Program-made: the position numbers and the translations under genes | The notes under the pieces: model-generated | Seen by the model: the letters and a program-made list of their open reading frames with translations, nothing else | Told to the model about the DNA's origin: nothing | Databases searched by the model: none | From: an uncultured virus (IMG/VR IMGVR_UViG_3300033177_000001) | Lineage: Duplodnaviria; Heunggongvirae; Uroviricota; Caudoviricetes | IMG/VR virus record: IMGVR_UViG_3300033177_000001 | DNA: 64,000 nucleotides | Direction: 5' to 3' (one strand) | Shown here: positions 23,016-33,342 of the stretch, in pieces | How positions within the stretch are numbered: position 1 is the first letter of the stretch | How the letters are laid out: each line of letters starts with the position of its first letter

Positions 23016-23465
23016 CTAACCCCGCCGCCTCCCGGCGGCGTCTTTATCTTTCCGCTCCCACCTCTTGCTGAGAACGAGAGATCCACAAGGAGCGGGCATC
23101 TCACAGCTGCGGCTCCTCCGGTGCAGGTCAAAAATTCAAATACAACACTATGCACAATGACATGCGATTGGGGCCGGATGGAGCCGTGGCGAAAGGAGGC
23201 TGACATGGACATCGAAAAGACTCTGATGGAAAGGTTGGTGCGGGATGGAACTGCTGAAAAGGTTGGCTGAGACGGGAGCGATCTCCGGGCCATATAAGAC
23301 CCGGCAACTCCCGAGGATTGCTCGGCTGTTGCGCGAGCCGGGACCGCTCCCGCTCTGGGTACGGTACAGGACCCGCCGCGAGCTGGACGCTATCGAGCGG
23401 ATGGAAGAGCCGCCGCGCCCGGTCAGGCGCTCCGTCCTCTTCGGGCTGTTCGCGGGGTGGGAGTG

Positions 23466-24056
23466 ATGGAAGCGTACAAAAGCGAAATACTGGACATGCG
23501 GAGGAGAGGTATATCGAAACAGGAAATCGCCTTGACCCTCCGGGTGAACTCGAAAAAGGTTGCATCGGCGCTCAAAGAATGGGGCGATCCCTTCCCGCTC
23601 CCAGCGAGTCAGCGCGTCGAGGCCGCAAGGGATGAGATCATCGCCGCACGGCGACGCGGTGAAACGCGGGAAAAGATTGCGCAGCGGTACGGATGCGGTA
23701 CGGATACCATTCAGCGGAAATTGCGCGAGTGGGGAGAGACCAATCAGCGCGGCGGGCGGTATGACAAAGCGGAGATGCAGCGCCTGCGCAACGCCGGTCT
23801 TACGGGCGAGGATATAGCGGCGCTGCTAGGGTGCGCAGTGGCAACGGTCTACGCCTATACGCAGCCCAGCGCTGGCGAGCTGAAGAACGATTCGGAACAC
23901 GAGACAGTCAACACATACACCCCCAGCAAGTGCTACGGCGACTATGTGTTTTTGAGACTGGTGCAAGCAAAGCGCCCGTTGTGGCTGTTCGAGCATCACG
24001 CCGGGTGGAAGGAGAGCTTCACGGAAAACCAACTGAGGGAGGCGAGGATGGCATGA
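23466..24056 (+). CDS. Multi-HTH DNA-binding protein
   Basis: Three repeated HTH-like units (GISKQEIA, GETREKIA, GLTGEDIA). Confidence 0.7.
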   Translation: MEAYKSEILDMRRRGISKQEIALTLRVNSKKVASALKEWGDPFPLPASQRVEAARDEIIAARRRGETREKIAQRYGCGTDTIQRKLREWGETNQRGGRYDKAEMQRLRNAGLTGEDIAALLGCAVATVYAYTQPSAGELKNDSEHETVNTYTPSKCYGDYVFLRLVQAKRPLWLFEHHAGWKESFTENQLREARMA

Positions 24057-24215
24057 GAAGCATACGAGGGAAGTTCTACAAGCGAGACCTGTACTGGTCG
24101 ATCTGGCTGACGTGTTTGGCGCGGGAGATGTCCGCATGACGCCGCGTTTGATTGCCGCGTTCCTGGCGGGTTTTGTCGCCTGCATGGCGGCGATTGTGTG
24201 GCGGGAGGATCGAAG

Positions 24216-24584
24216 ATGAAGAGCGCCTACATCTGCCACCCGCTCAGGGGGAAGACCGGAAGCCCGGAGGAGATCAAATCGAACCTCGAACGGATCGACG
24301 AGATTTGCAAAAACCTCGCCGCGATATACCCGGACGTGCTGCTGCTTAGTCCGCTTCACGCCTTCAGCTTCTACGACCCGCGAGGCGATCAGACCCAGGT
24401 GCTCGGGCAGTGCGTGGCAATGCTGAAACGGGCTGATGAGCTGTGGGTGTTCGGGGAGTGGAAAGAATCGCAGGGTTGCAGGATGGAGATAGAGTACGCC
24501 CGGCGCATCGGCAAGCGCGTAATTGACATGACGGACGGCGAAGAAGCGGAAGCGAACGAGGCTATTTTGAGGAGGCTGGCGTGA
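24216..24584 (+). CDS. DUF4406 / nucleoside deoxyribosyltransferase-like protein
   Basis: AYICHP..SPLH..ADELWVFGEWKESQGCRMEIEYA. Confidence 0.75.
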   Translation: MKSAYICHPLRGKTGSPEEIKSNLERIDEICKNLAAIYPDVLLLSPLHAFSFYDPRGDQTQVLGQCVAMLKRADELWVFGEWKESQGCRMEIEYARRIGKRVIDMTDGEEAEANEAILRRLA

Positions 24585-25183
24585 TGAAAACGGTATCGAT
24601 AAACCAGGTAATGGGGTGGCGGCCGTGCCCCGACTATCCGCAAAAGCGGATAACGGAGCTGTTTGCCGGGAAAGAGTTTCTGTCGTGGGAAGACGTTTTC
24701 GCGCTTAACATCCCGACGGAGGACAAGCTGTGGGCGCTTTTGCGGGAGGATTTTATACCGACGCGAGACCTGCATTTGCTGGCCTGCGATTTCGCAGAAA
24801 AAGTTTTGCACCTTACAGGCGATCCTCGCTGCGCGGAGGCCATACGAGTGAAGCGACTCTGGGTTGACGGGAAAGCGACAGATGGAGAGCTGGCTGCCGC
24901 TAGGGATGCTGCTTGGGCTGCTGCTTGGGCCGCTAGGGATGCTGCTTGGGCCGCTGCTAGGGATGCTAGGGATGCTGCTTGGGCTGCTGCTTGGGCCGCT
25001 AGGGATGCTGCTTGGGCCGCTGCTAGGGATGCTGCTTGGGCCGCTGCTAGGGATGCTGCTTGGGCCGCTGCTTGGGCTGCTAGGGATGCTAGGGATGCTG
25101 CTTGGGCCGCTAGGGATGCTAGGGATGCTGCTTGGGAAGCATATCTCACAATGGCGGTAGAAGTTCTGAGGAGGCTGGCGTGA
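24581..25183 (+). CDS. Phage protein with Imm5-like core and AAW/ARD repeat tail
   Basis: LACDFAEKVL..DPRCAEAI..GKATDGELAAARDAAWAAA. Confidence 0.7.
   Translation: MMKTVSINQVMGWRPCPDYPQKRITELFAGKEFLSWEDVFALNIPTEDKLWALLREDFIPTRDLHLLACDFAEKVLHLTGDPRCAEAIRVKRLWVDGKATDGELAAARDAAWAAAWAARDAAWAAARDARDAAWAAAWAARDAAWAAARDAAWAAARDAAWAAAWAARDARDAAWAARDARDAAWEAYLTMAVEVLRRLA
24892..25140 (+). repeat. Coding tandem repeats of GCTGCTTGGGCY and GCTAGGGAT
   Basis: Directly visible 12- and 9-bp units. Confidence 0.95.
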
Positions 25184-25650
25184 TGGACACGAAAAACGCT
25201 GATATCTACAGTAGCAAGTTTCTCCGTGTACGGGCGTTCAAATGGACTGGGGATATAGCGGAGATGCCTCAGTGGGCTCAGGATGAACTCGGAGGGTGCG
25301 GCGCGATCAGCGTCCTTGCAGGCAAGTTGTTCTTGCGGGATATAGCATCCCCCGCCGCGGAGGGGGAACTGTACAAGGGGAATGCGACGATAGAGGTACC
25401 AATCGGCAACTACGTCATACAGCGCGACCCGTACACATACTCGCACTGCTCGCCCGAGATGTTCAAGGAGTTCTTCGCCCCGGCGAAGGAGGCGGAACCG
25501 GAAGCAGCGCCGAGGCCGCAGAAGAGACTGTGCATGAAGAATTATCAGTCCGGGTGGACTTTGATGGAGGAGAAAGCCGGGGAGGTGATTTCTCTCCTTG
25601 GCGAAGCGCAAGAAGAAAATGTATATCTGTCCTGCGTGCGGGAGGATTGA
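25183..25650 (+). CDS. Hypothetical phage protein
   Basis: Start coupled to previous stop, SD GAGGAGG. Confidence 0.55.
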   Translation: MDTKNADIYSSKFLRVRAFKWTGDIAEMPQWAQDELGGCGAISVLAGKLFLRDIASPAAEGELYKGNATIEVPIGNYVIQRDPYTYSHCSPEMFKEFFAPAKEAEPEAAPRPQKRLCMKNYQSGWTLMEEKAGEVISLLGEAQEENVYLSCVRED

Positions 25651-25776
25651 TTCATTCCCGTCTGTGTCGGTGACGGAGTGGGGGTGTCCTTGCGGCGCGA
25701 TGTTCGCGCCGGAGGACGCCGCCGAGGTTGCGATAGCGGAAGCTCGCACTGAGGAAGAGGGAAGGGAGTTGTTCTT

Positions 25777-26469
25777 GTGGCAATAAATTTGAAGAGGACG
25801 TCAACGATAGCGGCGGACGGGGTGAAGGTGCTTGTGTACGGACAGGCGGGGGCGGGAAAGACGTGTTTGATCCCATCGCTGCCGAATCCTGTGATTCTCT
25901 CGGCGGAGGGCGGACTGCTCTCCATCGCCGGGACGGATATTCCGTACATTGAAATCGGGTGCATGAAGGATTTGGACGAGGCGTACAAGTGGCTCGTCGG
26001 CTCGAAAGAGGCGGGAGAGTTTCAGTCTGTGGCGCTGGATTCGATCAGTGAGATCGCCGAAGTGGTGCTGAACACTGAGAAGAAGATAGCGAAGGACCCG
26101 CGACAAGCCTACGGGGCAATGCAGGAGCAAATGACCGACCTTATCCGCGCCTTCCGCGATCTTCCCGGCAAGCATGTGTATTTCTCGGCCAAGCTCGAAA
26201 AGGCGCAGGACGAGATGGGCCGGATTCTGTATGCTCCATCCATGCCGGGGAACAAGGTGGGCCAGCAGCTTCCCTACTTCTTCGACGAGGTGCTGGCGTT
26301 GAGGGTGGAGAAGGACAACGAGGGCGTTCCGCAACGGATGTTGATGTGCATCCCCGACGGCATCTGGACGGCGAAGGATCGCTCCGGCGCGCTGGACCAG
26401 TGGGAGGCCCCCGATCTCGGTGGCGTGATTGCGAAGATCGGAGGCGCTGCGAATGCTCAACCTTTCTAA
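25777..26469 (+). CDS. AAA_24 / Sak4-like recombination ATPase
   Basis: VYGQAGAGKT; SAEGGLLS; ALDSISE; AKDRSG. Confidence 0.85.
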   Translation: MAINLKRTSTIAADGVKVLVYGQAGAGKTCLIPSLPNPVILSAEGGLLSIAGTDIPYIEIGCMKDLDEAYKWLVGSKEAGEFQSVALDSISEIAEVVLNTEKKIAKDPRQAYGAMQEQMTDLIRAFRDLPGKHVYFSAKLEKAQDEMGRILYAPSMPGNKVGQQLPYFFDEVLALRVEKDNEGVPQRMLMCIPDGIWTAKDRSGALDQWEAPDLGGVIAKIGGAANAQPF

Positions 26470-26950
26470 GACGGAATCCGAAGCTCCGGTGCGCGGCGCA
26501 ACAAGAGAAGAATCGGAAGCGAAATTCATCGTTCGCAACGGGAGCGTGTTCAAGGCGACATCGCCTCTTGAGAATCGAAAGGATTTGCTGAAGCTCTGGT
26601 GGGAGTTCAAGCGGCAGGAAGAGCTTGCCGTGACGCAGCGGCGCGAGATCGAGGAGATGTTGACTTCCCATTTGCCGGAGCAGTGGGAAGGCTCGGAGAC
26701 GGAGCGCGAGGGGGAGTTTAAAGTTGTAATCTCCCGACGGTTCACTCGTAAGGTGGACAGCGACGCGCTCCAGGCGACCGCAAGAGAGTTCGGACTTGAG
26801 GAATATCTGCCGGAGCTGTTCCGGTGGAAGCCCGAGATAGATGCGAAGCGGTGGAAGGCGGCTCCGGCGGAGGTAACGGCGAAGCTGGAGCGGGCGATTA
26901 CGGTGACGCCGGGCAAGGCGTCCGTCAAAATAACACTTGAGGAGGAATAG
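26453..26950 (+). CDS. Conserved phage replication-region protein
   Basis: RKVD..LFRWKPEID..AITVTPGK pattern between Sak4 and SSB. Confidence 0.6.
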   Translation: MLNLSKTESEAPVRGATREESEAKFIVRNGSVFKATSPLENRKDLLKLWWEFKRQEELAVTQRREIEEMLTSHLPEQWEGSETEREGEFKVVISRRFTRKVDSDALQATAREFGLEEYLPELFRWKPEIDAKRWKAAPAEVTAKLERAITVTPGKASVKITLEEE

Positions 26951-26953
26951 AAC

Positions 26954-27481
26954 ATGGCCATACTTGACGAAGAACTGTTGATAGAAGAACTTCCCGAATC
27001 AAAACCCTACGAACTTATCCCTCCGGGGTGGTATGAGGCGTCTGTTGTGGCGACGGAACTTAAGGATACGAAAAACGGAACGGGGAAATACATCAAAGTG
27101 CGATATGACATCGCTGGTCCGACGAATCAAGGGCGTTGTGTTTTCGGGAATTTCAATATCAGAAACCCCAAACCGGAGGCGGAGGAAATAGGAAAGCGGG
27201 AACTCGGCTCGCTGTGCAAGTGTATTGGACTTGAAGGGAAATTGCATGATACCGATCAACTCGTTGGACATGCGGTACAGATCAAAGTAGCAATCAAGGA
27301 GGATAAAACAGGACAGTATGAACCGCAGAATGTAGTGAAAGGTTTCAAGCCCATCGACGGGGACGCTCCCGTCATGATGGCGTCCGCTCCGCAGAGCAAG
27401 TTCGCCCCGGCGCAGAAGTTCTCACCGGCTGCGAAGACGGCCCCAGCAACAGCCCCCGCAGGCGCTCCGTGGAAGAAGTGA
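26954..27481 (+). CDS. DUF669-like single-stranded DNA-binding protein
   Basis: IPPGWY..TKNGTGKY..N.VKGF..APWKK. Confidence 0.8.
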   Translation: MAILDEELLIEELPESKPYELIPPGWYEASVVATELKDTKNGTGKYIKVRYDIAGPTNQGRCVFGNFNIRNPKPEAEEIGKRELGSLCKCIGLEGKLHDTDQLVGHAVQIKVAIKEDKTGQYEPQNVVKGFKPIDGDAPVMMASAPQSKFAPAQKFSPAAKTAPATAPAGAPWKK

Positions 27482-27488
27482 CGGTGCG

Positions 27489-28514
27489 ATGGCGGAAATT
27501 CCGGAGAGTATTCACACCGTAGCCGCCATAATCGACGAGTGGCATGAGAAGCATCAAGAGGGACCGCGCCCGCACATGGGCGCGTCCCTTCTGGGGCATC
27601 CGTGCGACCGCTGGTTGTGGTTGTCTTTCCGGTGGGCGGTGGTGGAGAAGTTCAACGGCAGGATGCTCCGCCTCTTCCGGCGCGGACAGAGGGAAGAGGA
27701 ATTGATTATCTCTGACCTTCGCGCAGCCGGGATGGAGGTTCATTCGACCGGAGCGGAGCAATCGAGAGTTGACTTCGGCGCGCATGTCTCCGGCTCCATC
27801 GACGGAATCATCGAGAGGGGCGTTCCAGAGGCTCCGGCGAAGAGACACGTTCTGGAGTGCAAGACGCACTCATTGAAATCATTTAAAGACCTCTGCGACA
27901 AGGGAGTACGGGAATCCAAGCCGCAACACTGGTGCCAGATGCAACTCTACATGCACGGCACCGGCATCGACAGAGCGCTCTACTACGCAGTCTGCAAGGA
28001 TGACGATTCTATCTACACGGAGCGCGTCCGCTACGACGCGGAAGCGGCGAAGGCTCTTGTGGAGCGGGGAAGGCGACTGACGCTATGCGAGCGCATGCCG
28101 GAGCCGCTTTCGACGGATTCGACATGGTATCAATGTCGCTACTGCTCGGCGCACTCGTTCTGTTTCGAATCGAAGCTGACGAAGGAGATCAACTGCCGAA
28201 CGTGCGCGCTTTCCACGCCGACGGAGGATAGCAAATGGCTCTGCGCCCGGTACGGCAACGAAGAGATTCCGGTGGACGCGCAGCGCGAGGGGTGCGACGG
28301 GCATGTGTTGCATCCCGATCTTGTGCCGTGGAAATGGCTTCCTTCGGACGATGGACTGACGGCGTTGTTCGAGATCGACGGAGAAGTTGTAAAGAATGGA
28401 CTGCCCGGAGCGATAGTGCATTCGTCGAAGGAGCTGCTTGGGTTGGCTGGTTGGGAGGTGGGAAGCGATGAAGAAAGTCCTGTGTCCGGTGTCGAGGCTG
28501 GAGTGTCTGCGTGA
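27489..28514 (+). CDS. Cas4-like PD-(D/E)xK exonuclease
   Basis: GASLLGHPCDR; GSIDG; LECKT; QMQLYM; CRYC, CRTC. Confidence 0.85.
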   Translation: MAEIPESIHTVAAIIDEWHEKHQEGPRPHMGASLLGHPCDRWLWLSFRWAVVEKFNGRMLRLFRRGQREEELIISDLRAAGMEVHSTGAEQSRVDFGAHVSGSIDGIIERGVPEAPAKRHVLECKTHSLKSFKDLCDKGVRESKPQHWCQMQLYMHGTGIDRALYYAVCKDDDSIYTERVRYDAEAAKALVERGRRLTLCERMPEPLSTDSTWYQCRYCSAHSFCFESKLTKEINCRTCALSTPTEDSKWLCARYGNEEIPVDAQREGCDGHVLHPDLVPWKWLPSDDGLTALFEIDGEVVKNGLPGAIVHSSKELLGLAGWEVGSDEESPVSGVEAGVSA

Positions 28515-28740
28515 GACGTGCGCGGTGTGGGTGCAGTCGGAGAAGCGCTGCGGGCTGACCGGGGCGAGACCGGCTGATCCGGACAGACTCTACACAGTAA
28601 AGGAAGCAGCGGAGTATCTCAACATCCATGAGATGACGATGTACTTCCGGCTCAGAAGCGGAGAGATACGCGGTGTTCGCACGGGGAGGTTGTGGCGCAT
28701 TCCGGAGAGTTCTCTTCGTGAGGCGACTTCCTTGGCATGA
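28468..28740 (+). CDS. Excisionase-type HTH DNA-binding protein
   Basis: LYTVKEAAEYL..G.R.GRLWRIP. Confidence 0.8.
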   Translation: MKKVLCPVSRLECLRETCAVWVQSEKRCGLTGARPADPDRLYTVKEAAEYLNIHEMTMYFRLRSGEIRGVRTGRLWRIPESSLREATSLA

Positions 28741-30308
28741 TTCTGCGCGACTATCAGAGGCAGGCGATTGACTCTCTCTACGAATGGTTCCGCGAGAACG
28801 ACACAGGAAATCCGTGTCTGGTGCTGCCCACGGGCGCAGGGAAGAGCGTGATTCTGGCGGAGTTCTGCCGGGAAGCCCTTGCCAACTGGCCGGATACGAG
28901 AATCCTGATTCTAAGCCACGTGAAGGAACTACTCGAACAGGACGCGGAGAAGATTCGGATTCTCTGGCCGGACGCGCCGCTCGGCATCTATTCTGCGGGA
29001 CTTGGGTGCCGCGACGTGGATGCGATCACCGTGGCGGGGATTCAGTCGGTGTATCGGAAGGCGAGTGAAATCGGATATGTTGATATCGCCATCGTGGACG
29101 AGTGCCACCTGCTGAATCACAAGGACGAAGGCATGTACCGGAATCTACTGAACGAGCTGGAAGCGATCAACCCCTCTCTGCGCGTGATCGGATTGACGGC
29201 GACTCCGTATCGCCTCGGGCACGGTTTGATTACGGAAGGGGGAGCCATGTTTTCCGCCCTTATCGAACCGGTGCGCATACAGGAGTTGGTGGAGCGGGGG
29301 TACCTTGCCCCGCTCCGCTCCAAGGGAATGGAGCTGCTGCTTTCGGTGGACGGGGTGAAGCGGCGCGGCGGCGACTTCGTAGAGTCTGAACTGGCGGAGA
29401 TGGTGAACACGAAAGCCAACAACGAGGCGATGGTGGAACAGACGCTTCGGATTGCACAAGGACGGCGTTCGATTCTCGTCTTTTGTTCCGGGGTTAAGCA
29501 CGCCTATGCGATGCGCGATCTCTTCCGGGAAAGGGGAGAAATTGCGGAAGCGGTGCTCGGGGAGACGGATTCGGAGGAACGCGCGCGGATTCTTGAAGAT
29601 TTCAAGGCCGGGCGCGTTCGGGTAATAACAAACAACTCTGTGCTTACAACAGGATTCGATGCGCCGAATACGGATGTTTTGGTTATGGCGCGTCCTACGG
29701 AGAGCGTCGTTCTTTATATCCAGTCGGCGGGGCGCGGCATGAGGCCGAAGGAGCACGTGTTGGACTGTCTCCTTCTCGACTTCGCCGGGAACGTGCGCCG
29801 TCACGGGCCTATCACGGATGTAATCCCGCCGAAGCGGAAGGGGGATAAGAAGGGCGAAGCCCCGGTGAAGCTGTGCGAGCAGTGCAATGAGCTTGTCCAT
29901 CTCTCCGCGAAGGTGTGTCCGGCGTGCGGGTGGGCGTTCCCTCCTCCGCCTCCGAAGCGATACGTTCTCGGGAACGAGGATATCATGGGCGGCCCGTCGT
30001 CGTTCGGCGTGGAAGAGTGGCGCTGGCGCGTGCATACGGCGGCGAGCGGGAAGGAACTTGTGCGGGTGACGTACTACGGACATTCGGATTCCGTGGATGA
30101 ATATCTCTGCTTGCTCCACGGAGGATACGCGGCGCAGAAGGCGCTGTCCGCATTGAAGCAGATGGAGAGAAGTTGCGGTGTGACTGTTGGGAATCCTTAC
30201 GATTTGGACGAGGTGGTCGAAACCATGCAATGCGCTGTGCCTCCGAAAGAGATTACGATTCAAAGGGAAGGGAAGTATCACAGGGTTGTCGGGAAGGTGT
30301 GGGGATGA
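28737..30308 (+). CDS. SF2 helicase (RadD/YejH-like)
   Basis: LPTGAGKS; DECH; TATP; LTTGFDAP; QSAGRGMR; C4 zinc finger. Confidence 0.92.
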   Translation: MILRDYQRQAIDSLYEWFRENDTGNPCLVLPTGAGKSVILAEFCREALANWPDTRILILSHVKELLEQDAEKIRILWPDAPLGIYSAGLGCRDVDAITVAGIQSVYRKASEIGYVDIAIVDECHLLNHKDEGMYRNLLNELEAINPSLRVIGLTATPYRLGHGLITEGGAMFSALIEPVRIQELVERGYLAPLRSKGMELLLSVDGVKRRGGDFVESELAEMVNTKANNEAMVEQTLRIAQGRRSILVFCSGVKHAYAMRDLFRERGEIAEAVLGETDSEERARILEDFKAGRVRVITNNSVLTTGFDAPNTDVLVMARPTESVVLYIQSAGRGMRPKEHVLDCLLLDFAGNVRRHGPITDVIPPKRKGDKKGEAPVKLCEQCNELVHLSAKVCPACGWAFPPPPPKRYVLGNEDIMGGPSSFGVEEWRWRVHTAASGKELVRVTYYGHSDSVDEYLCLLHGGYAAQKALSALKQMERSCGVTVGNPYDLDEVVETMQCAVPPKEITIQREGKYHRVVGKVWG

Positions 30309-30676
30309 GGCGGACTTCAAAGAAGGTTCGTCCGCCGGAAGTCGAATCCATACCGACGGAACACGAGGAGCAGTGCGGGTTCGTTCAGTGGTTCCGCCGC
30401 AAGTTCCCGCAGGTTCGCATCATGGCGATTCCAAACGGCGGATGGAGGAGCGCGGCGACGGCGGGAAAGTTGAAGGCCGAGGGCGTTTCCAGAGGCGTTC
30501 CCGATCTGTTCATTCCTGAGTGGAAGTTGTGGATCGAGATGAAGCGTGTCACCGGCGGCCGCGTGTCGCCGGAACAGCAAAGCTGGAAGAGTTATCTTGA
30601 GCAGTGCGGATACGGCGTACTGATCTGCGCCGGAATGGAGCAGGCGCGGAGGGAGGTGGAGGAGTGGCTGACTTAA
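30305..30676 (+). CDS. VRR-NUC nuclease
   Basis: EHEEQ..AIPNGG..GVPDL..IEMK..SPEQ. Confidence 0.9.
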   Translation: MRRTSKKVRPPEVESIPTEHEEQCGFVQWFRRKFPQVRIMAIPNGGWRSAATAGKLKAEGVSRGVPDLFIPEWKLWIEMKRVTGGRVSPEQQSWKSYLEQCGYGVLICAGMEQARREVEEWLT

Positions 30677-32694
30677 CGGCGATTCTGAACGGCCCATGGG
30701 AGTTCCCGAAGTTCGATCCCCCCGAAGAACAACTTCGCCAGGCGATGGAAGATGCGGGAATAGAGCCTCCGGACGAGATATCGTTGGACGGAAAGATTCA
30801 TCGCTTCAACAGCGGGAGCAAAAAGGATAAGTCGGGTTGGTACGTGGCGTTTTTCGACAAGGTTCCTGCGGGGCGTTTCGGCGACTGGCGGCTTGATTTG
30901 AATGTTCCGTGGACTGCGGATGTGGGACGCGATCTGGATTATGAGGAAGTCGCCGCGCGGAAGCGTCACATCGAAATGGCGCGGGAAATCCGGGACAAGG
31001 AGCTGGCGAAGCTTCACGACGGCGTGGCGCAGGCCGTCGAGCGCATCTGGGAGAACGGCACCCCGGCGACTACGGATCACCCGTATTTGAAAAAGAAGGG
31101 AATTCAGCCGCACGGAATGCGCGTGTCCGGTGACGGCGCGCTGATGATCCCGGTACATTCGCCGGAGGGCGATCTGCGGAGCATTCAGTATATCCATCCA
31201 CAGGGAAAGAAGTTGTTTCACACCGGCGGGGAAGCGGGCGGGAACGTCTGCGTTTTGGGCGATCTGAACGATTCGCCCGTGTTTGTTGCGGAGGGGTTCG
31301 CTACAGCGGCAAGCATACGCGAGGCGACGGGGAAACCCGTCGTCATCGCTTTCAGCGCGCACAATATGGTTGAAGCGACGGGGTTCGTGCGCGAGAGGAA
31401 CGGAATGAGGACGGATATTGTGGTTGTCGGCGACAATGACGAGAGCGGCGTCGGGCAGAAGGCGGCGAAGTCTGCGTGTGACAGGTACGGAGCGAGGATG
31501 ATACTTCCCCCGGAAGAGGGCGACGCCAACGACTTCGCGCAGCGCGGAGGGGATTTGAAGCGGCTTCTGGCTCCACCTCTGGACGGATGGCTGGTTCCGG
31601 TGCGGGAGTTCGCCAAGCAGCCCGCGCCGATATCATGGCTGATCAAGGGGTGGCTGCCGACTGGCGCATTGATGATGGTGCACGGGCCGAGCGGATGCGG
31701 AAAAACTTTTTTAGTCCTGCACTGGTCGATGCTCATAGCTTCCGCCGATACGATGCTCCAGTGGGAGGGAGCGAAGATTCGGCACGGCACGGTGGTGTAT
31801 CTCGCAGGAGAGGGGCACCACGGGCTGCGCTCCCGCGTGGCTGCGTGGCTGAAATACTACGAGGTGGACCCCGATGTCGTCGACCTGCACGTGTCGGCTT
31901 CCGGGTGCGATTTGAATACTTCCGAAGGATGGTTGAAGGTGAAGAGCCATGTGGACGCGATAGGGAACCGACCGGTGCTGATAGTGGTGGACACGCTGCA
32001 TCGGTTCCTCCACGGCGACGAGAACAGCGCGCAGGACGCCAAGGTGATGATCGACGCCTGTGCCGGATTGCAACAGGAGTATGGATGTTCCGTTCTGCTG
32101 GTGCATCACACGGGCGTCTCCGAGGAGGCGCAGCACAGGGCGCGTGGTTCGTCCGCGTGGAAGGCCGCCTTGGACATGGAAGCCAGCGCGGTGATGAACA
32201 AGGACAAGGAAAGCATCCAGGTTATATGCCGAAAGATGAAGGACGCCGAGGAGCCGGAGCCGACGTGGGCGAAGCTACTGAAGGGAATCGTTCTTCCCGG
32301 CTGGTACGACGAGGACGGCGAGAAAGTGACGAGCGCGGTGATTGTGCGCGGAACCGATCCGGGAGACTCCGGGGAGAAGGGCGACAAGCTGACGGACGTG
32401 CAGCGAATCGCCATGACTTCCTTCCGACGCGCCGCCGAGACGCGCGGCATGGTGCGCGACGGAGCCTTCGCAGGAGTGGATGCGGAATCATGGAGGAACG
32501 AGTTCTACAAGATGCACGTGTCGGATAGTACGGGGGCCAAGAAGGTGGCGTTTCAAAGGGTGCGGAAGCAGCTTCTGGAAAAGCTCATGATCAGGACGGA
32601 CAAGGACGATCCGAACATCTACTTCCCCGAGGGCGTGGACGCGAACATAGACGAGATGTTGTTCGTCCAGAAGCTGACGGGCGATAGCGACTAA
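30664..32694 (+). CDS. Primase-helicase (TOPRIM + AAA_25 RepA-like)
   Basis: HPYLKKKG; AEGFATA; GDND; GPSGCGKT; VVDTLHR; VHHTG..ARGSSAW. Confidence 0.9.
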   Translation: MADLTAILNGPWEFPKFDPPEEQLRQAMEDAGIEPPDEISLDGKIHRFNSGSKKDKSGWYVAFFDKVPAGRFGDWRLDLNVPWTADVGRDLDYEEVAARKRHIEMAREIRDKELAKLHDGVAQAVERIWENGTPATTDHPYLKKKGIQPHGMRVSGDGALMIPVHSPEGDLRSIQYIHPQGKKLFHTGGEAGGNVCVLGDLNDSPVFVAEGFATAASIREATGKPVVIAFSAHNMVEATGFVRERNGMRTDIVVVGDNDESGVGQKAAKSACDRYGARMILPPEEGDANDFAQRGGDLKRLLAPPLDGWLVPVREFAKQPAPISWLIKGWLPTGALMMVHGPSGCGKTFLVLHWSMLIASADTMLQWEGAKIRHGTVVYLAGEGHHGLRSRVAAWLKYYEVDPDVVDLHVSASGCDLNTSEGWLKVKSHVDAIGNRPVLIVVDTLHRFLHGDENSAQDAKVMIDACAGLQQEYGCSVLLVHHTGVSEEAQHRARGSSAWKAALDMEASAVMNKDKESIQVICRKMKDAEEPEPTWAKLLKGIVLPGWYDEDGEKVTSAVIVRGTDPGDSGEKGDKLTDVQRIAMTSFRRAAETRGMVRDGAFAGVDAESWRNEFYKMHVSDSTGAKKVAFQRVRKQLLEKLMIRTDKDDPNIYFPEGVDANIDEMLFVQKLTGDSD

Positions 32695-32739
32695 CTGCAA
32701 CAGGAATCCCCCCCTTCCATTTCAAAATCAATAATCGGT

Positions 32740-32870
32740 GGTGCGGTACATGCGGTACACACGGTACTGTACCGGCACATGTACCGGATACTTGCTCTCG
32801 GCAAACAAACGGTACAACCGGCACACCCCCCTATATATATAGGGGTGTGTACCGGTACCGTGTGCCGTGG
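32740..32870. repeat. Putative replication origin: GGTAC/GTACC iterons plus hairpin with (TA)n loop
   Basis: Clustered GGTACA at about 9 bp spacing; CACACCCC..TATATATATA..GGGGTGTG; directly after primase-helicase. Confidence 0.65.
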
Positions 32871-33342
32871 CGTATTGGATTCAACCCTAGCGCTTCCAAG
32901 GCTTTGACTCTTTATAAACTATGCGGTGAAAATGTTTGCCGGAACATCGGGGTATGTTCCGCTGTTTCGGTGTCTTTGTATGGATTGTTTTAGACAACAG
33001 GAGGTGTTCAATATGAGACGTAATTTCGTGCATTCGCTGAATGAGTGTATGGCGAGCGAAGCCATGAGGGATGGCTTGTTCTCTCTGGCTGCGGCGTACA
33101 GGAAGAAAAAAGAAGACGAAGATGAGGACGGGGATGGGGAATGAAACTACCGGCGACGCCTTCCGAGAGTGGGTGCGCTCTCTGCCGGATGAACGACATG
33201 CCTACCGCGAGCGCGGCGAGATCGCCGGAATCATGTTGCGGAACAGGATTGTCCGCGGTTCCTTCCGTGCCGGGCCTCTCCTCCAGGCTGTTCTTGCGGG
33301 AGTGGGCGCGAGGAAAAAGGAAATCGTTCGAGGAGGAGTTGG

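Noticed and set aside
24864..25160. Hydrophobic LLGPLGM-repeat ORF as a membrane protein
   Set aside because: Alternate frame of the AAW/ARD repeat
27489..28514. CRISPR adaptation Cas4
   Set aside because: Standard phage exonuclease in a Sak4/SSB/helicase module; no cas1 or array
28468..28740. Excisionase as evidence of a functional integration module
   Set aside because: Located in the replication operon far from att; no integrase seen
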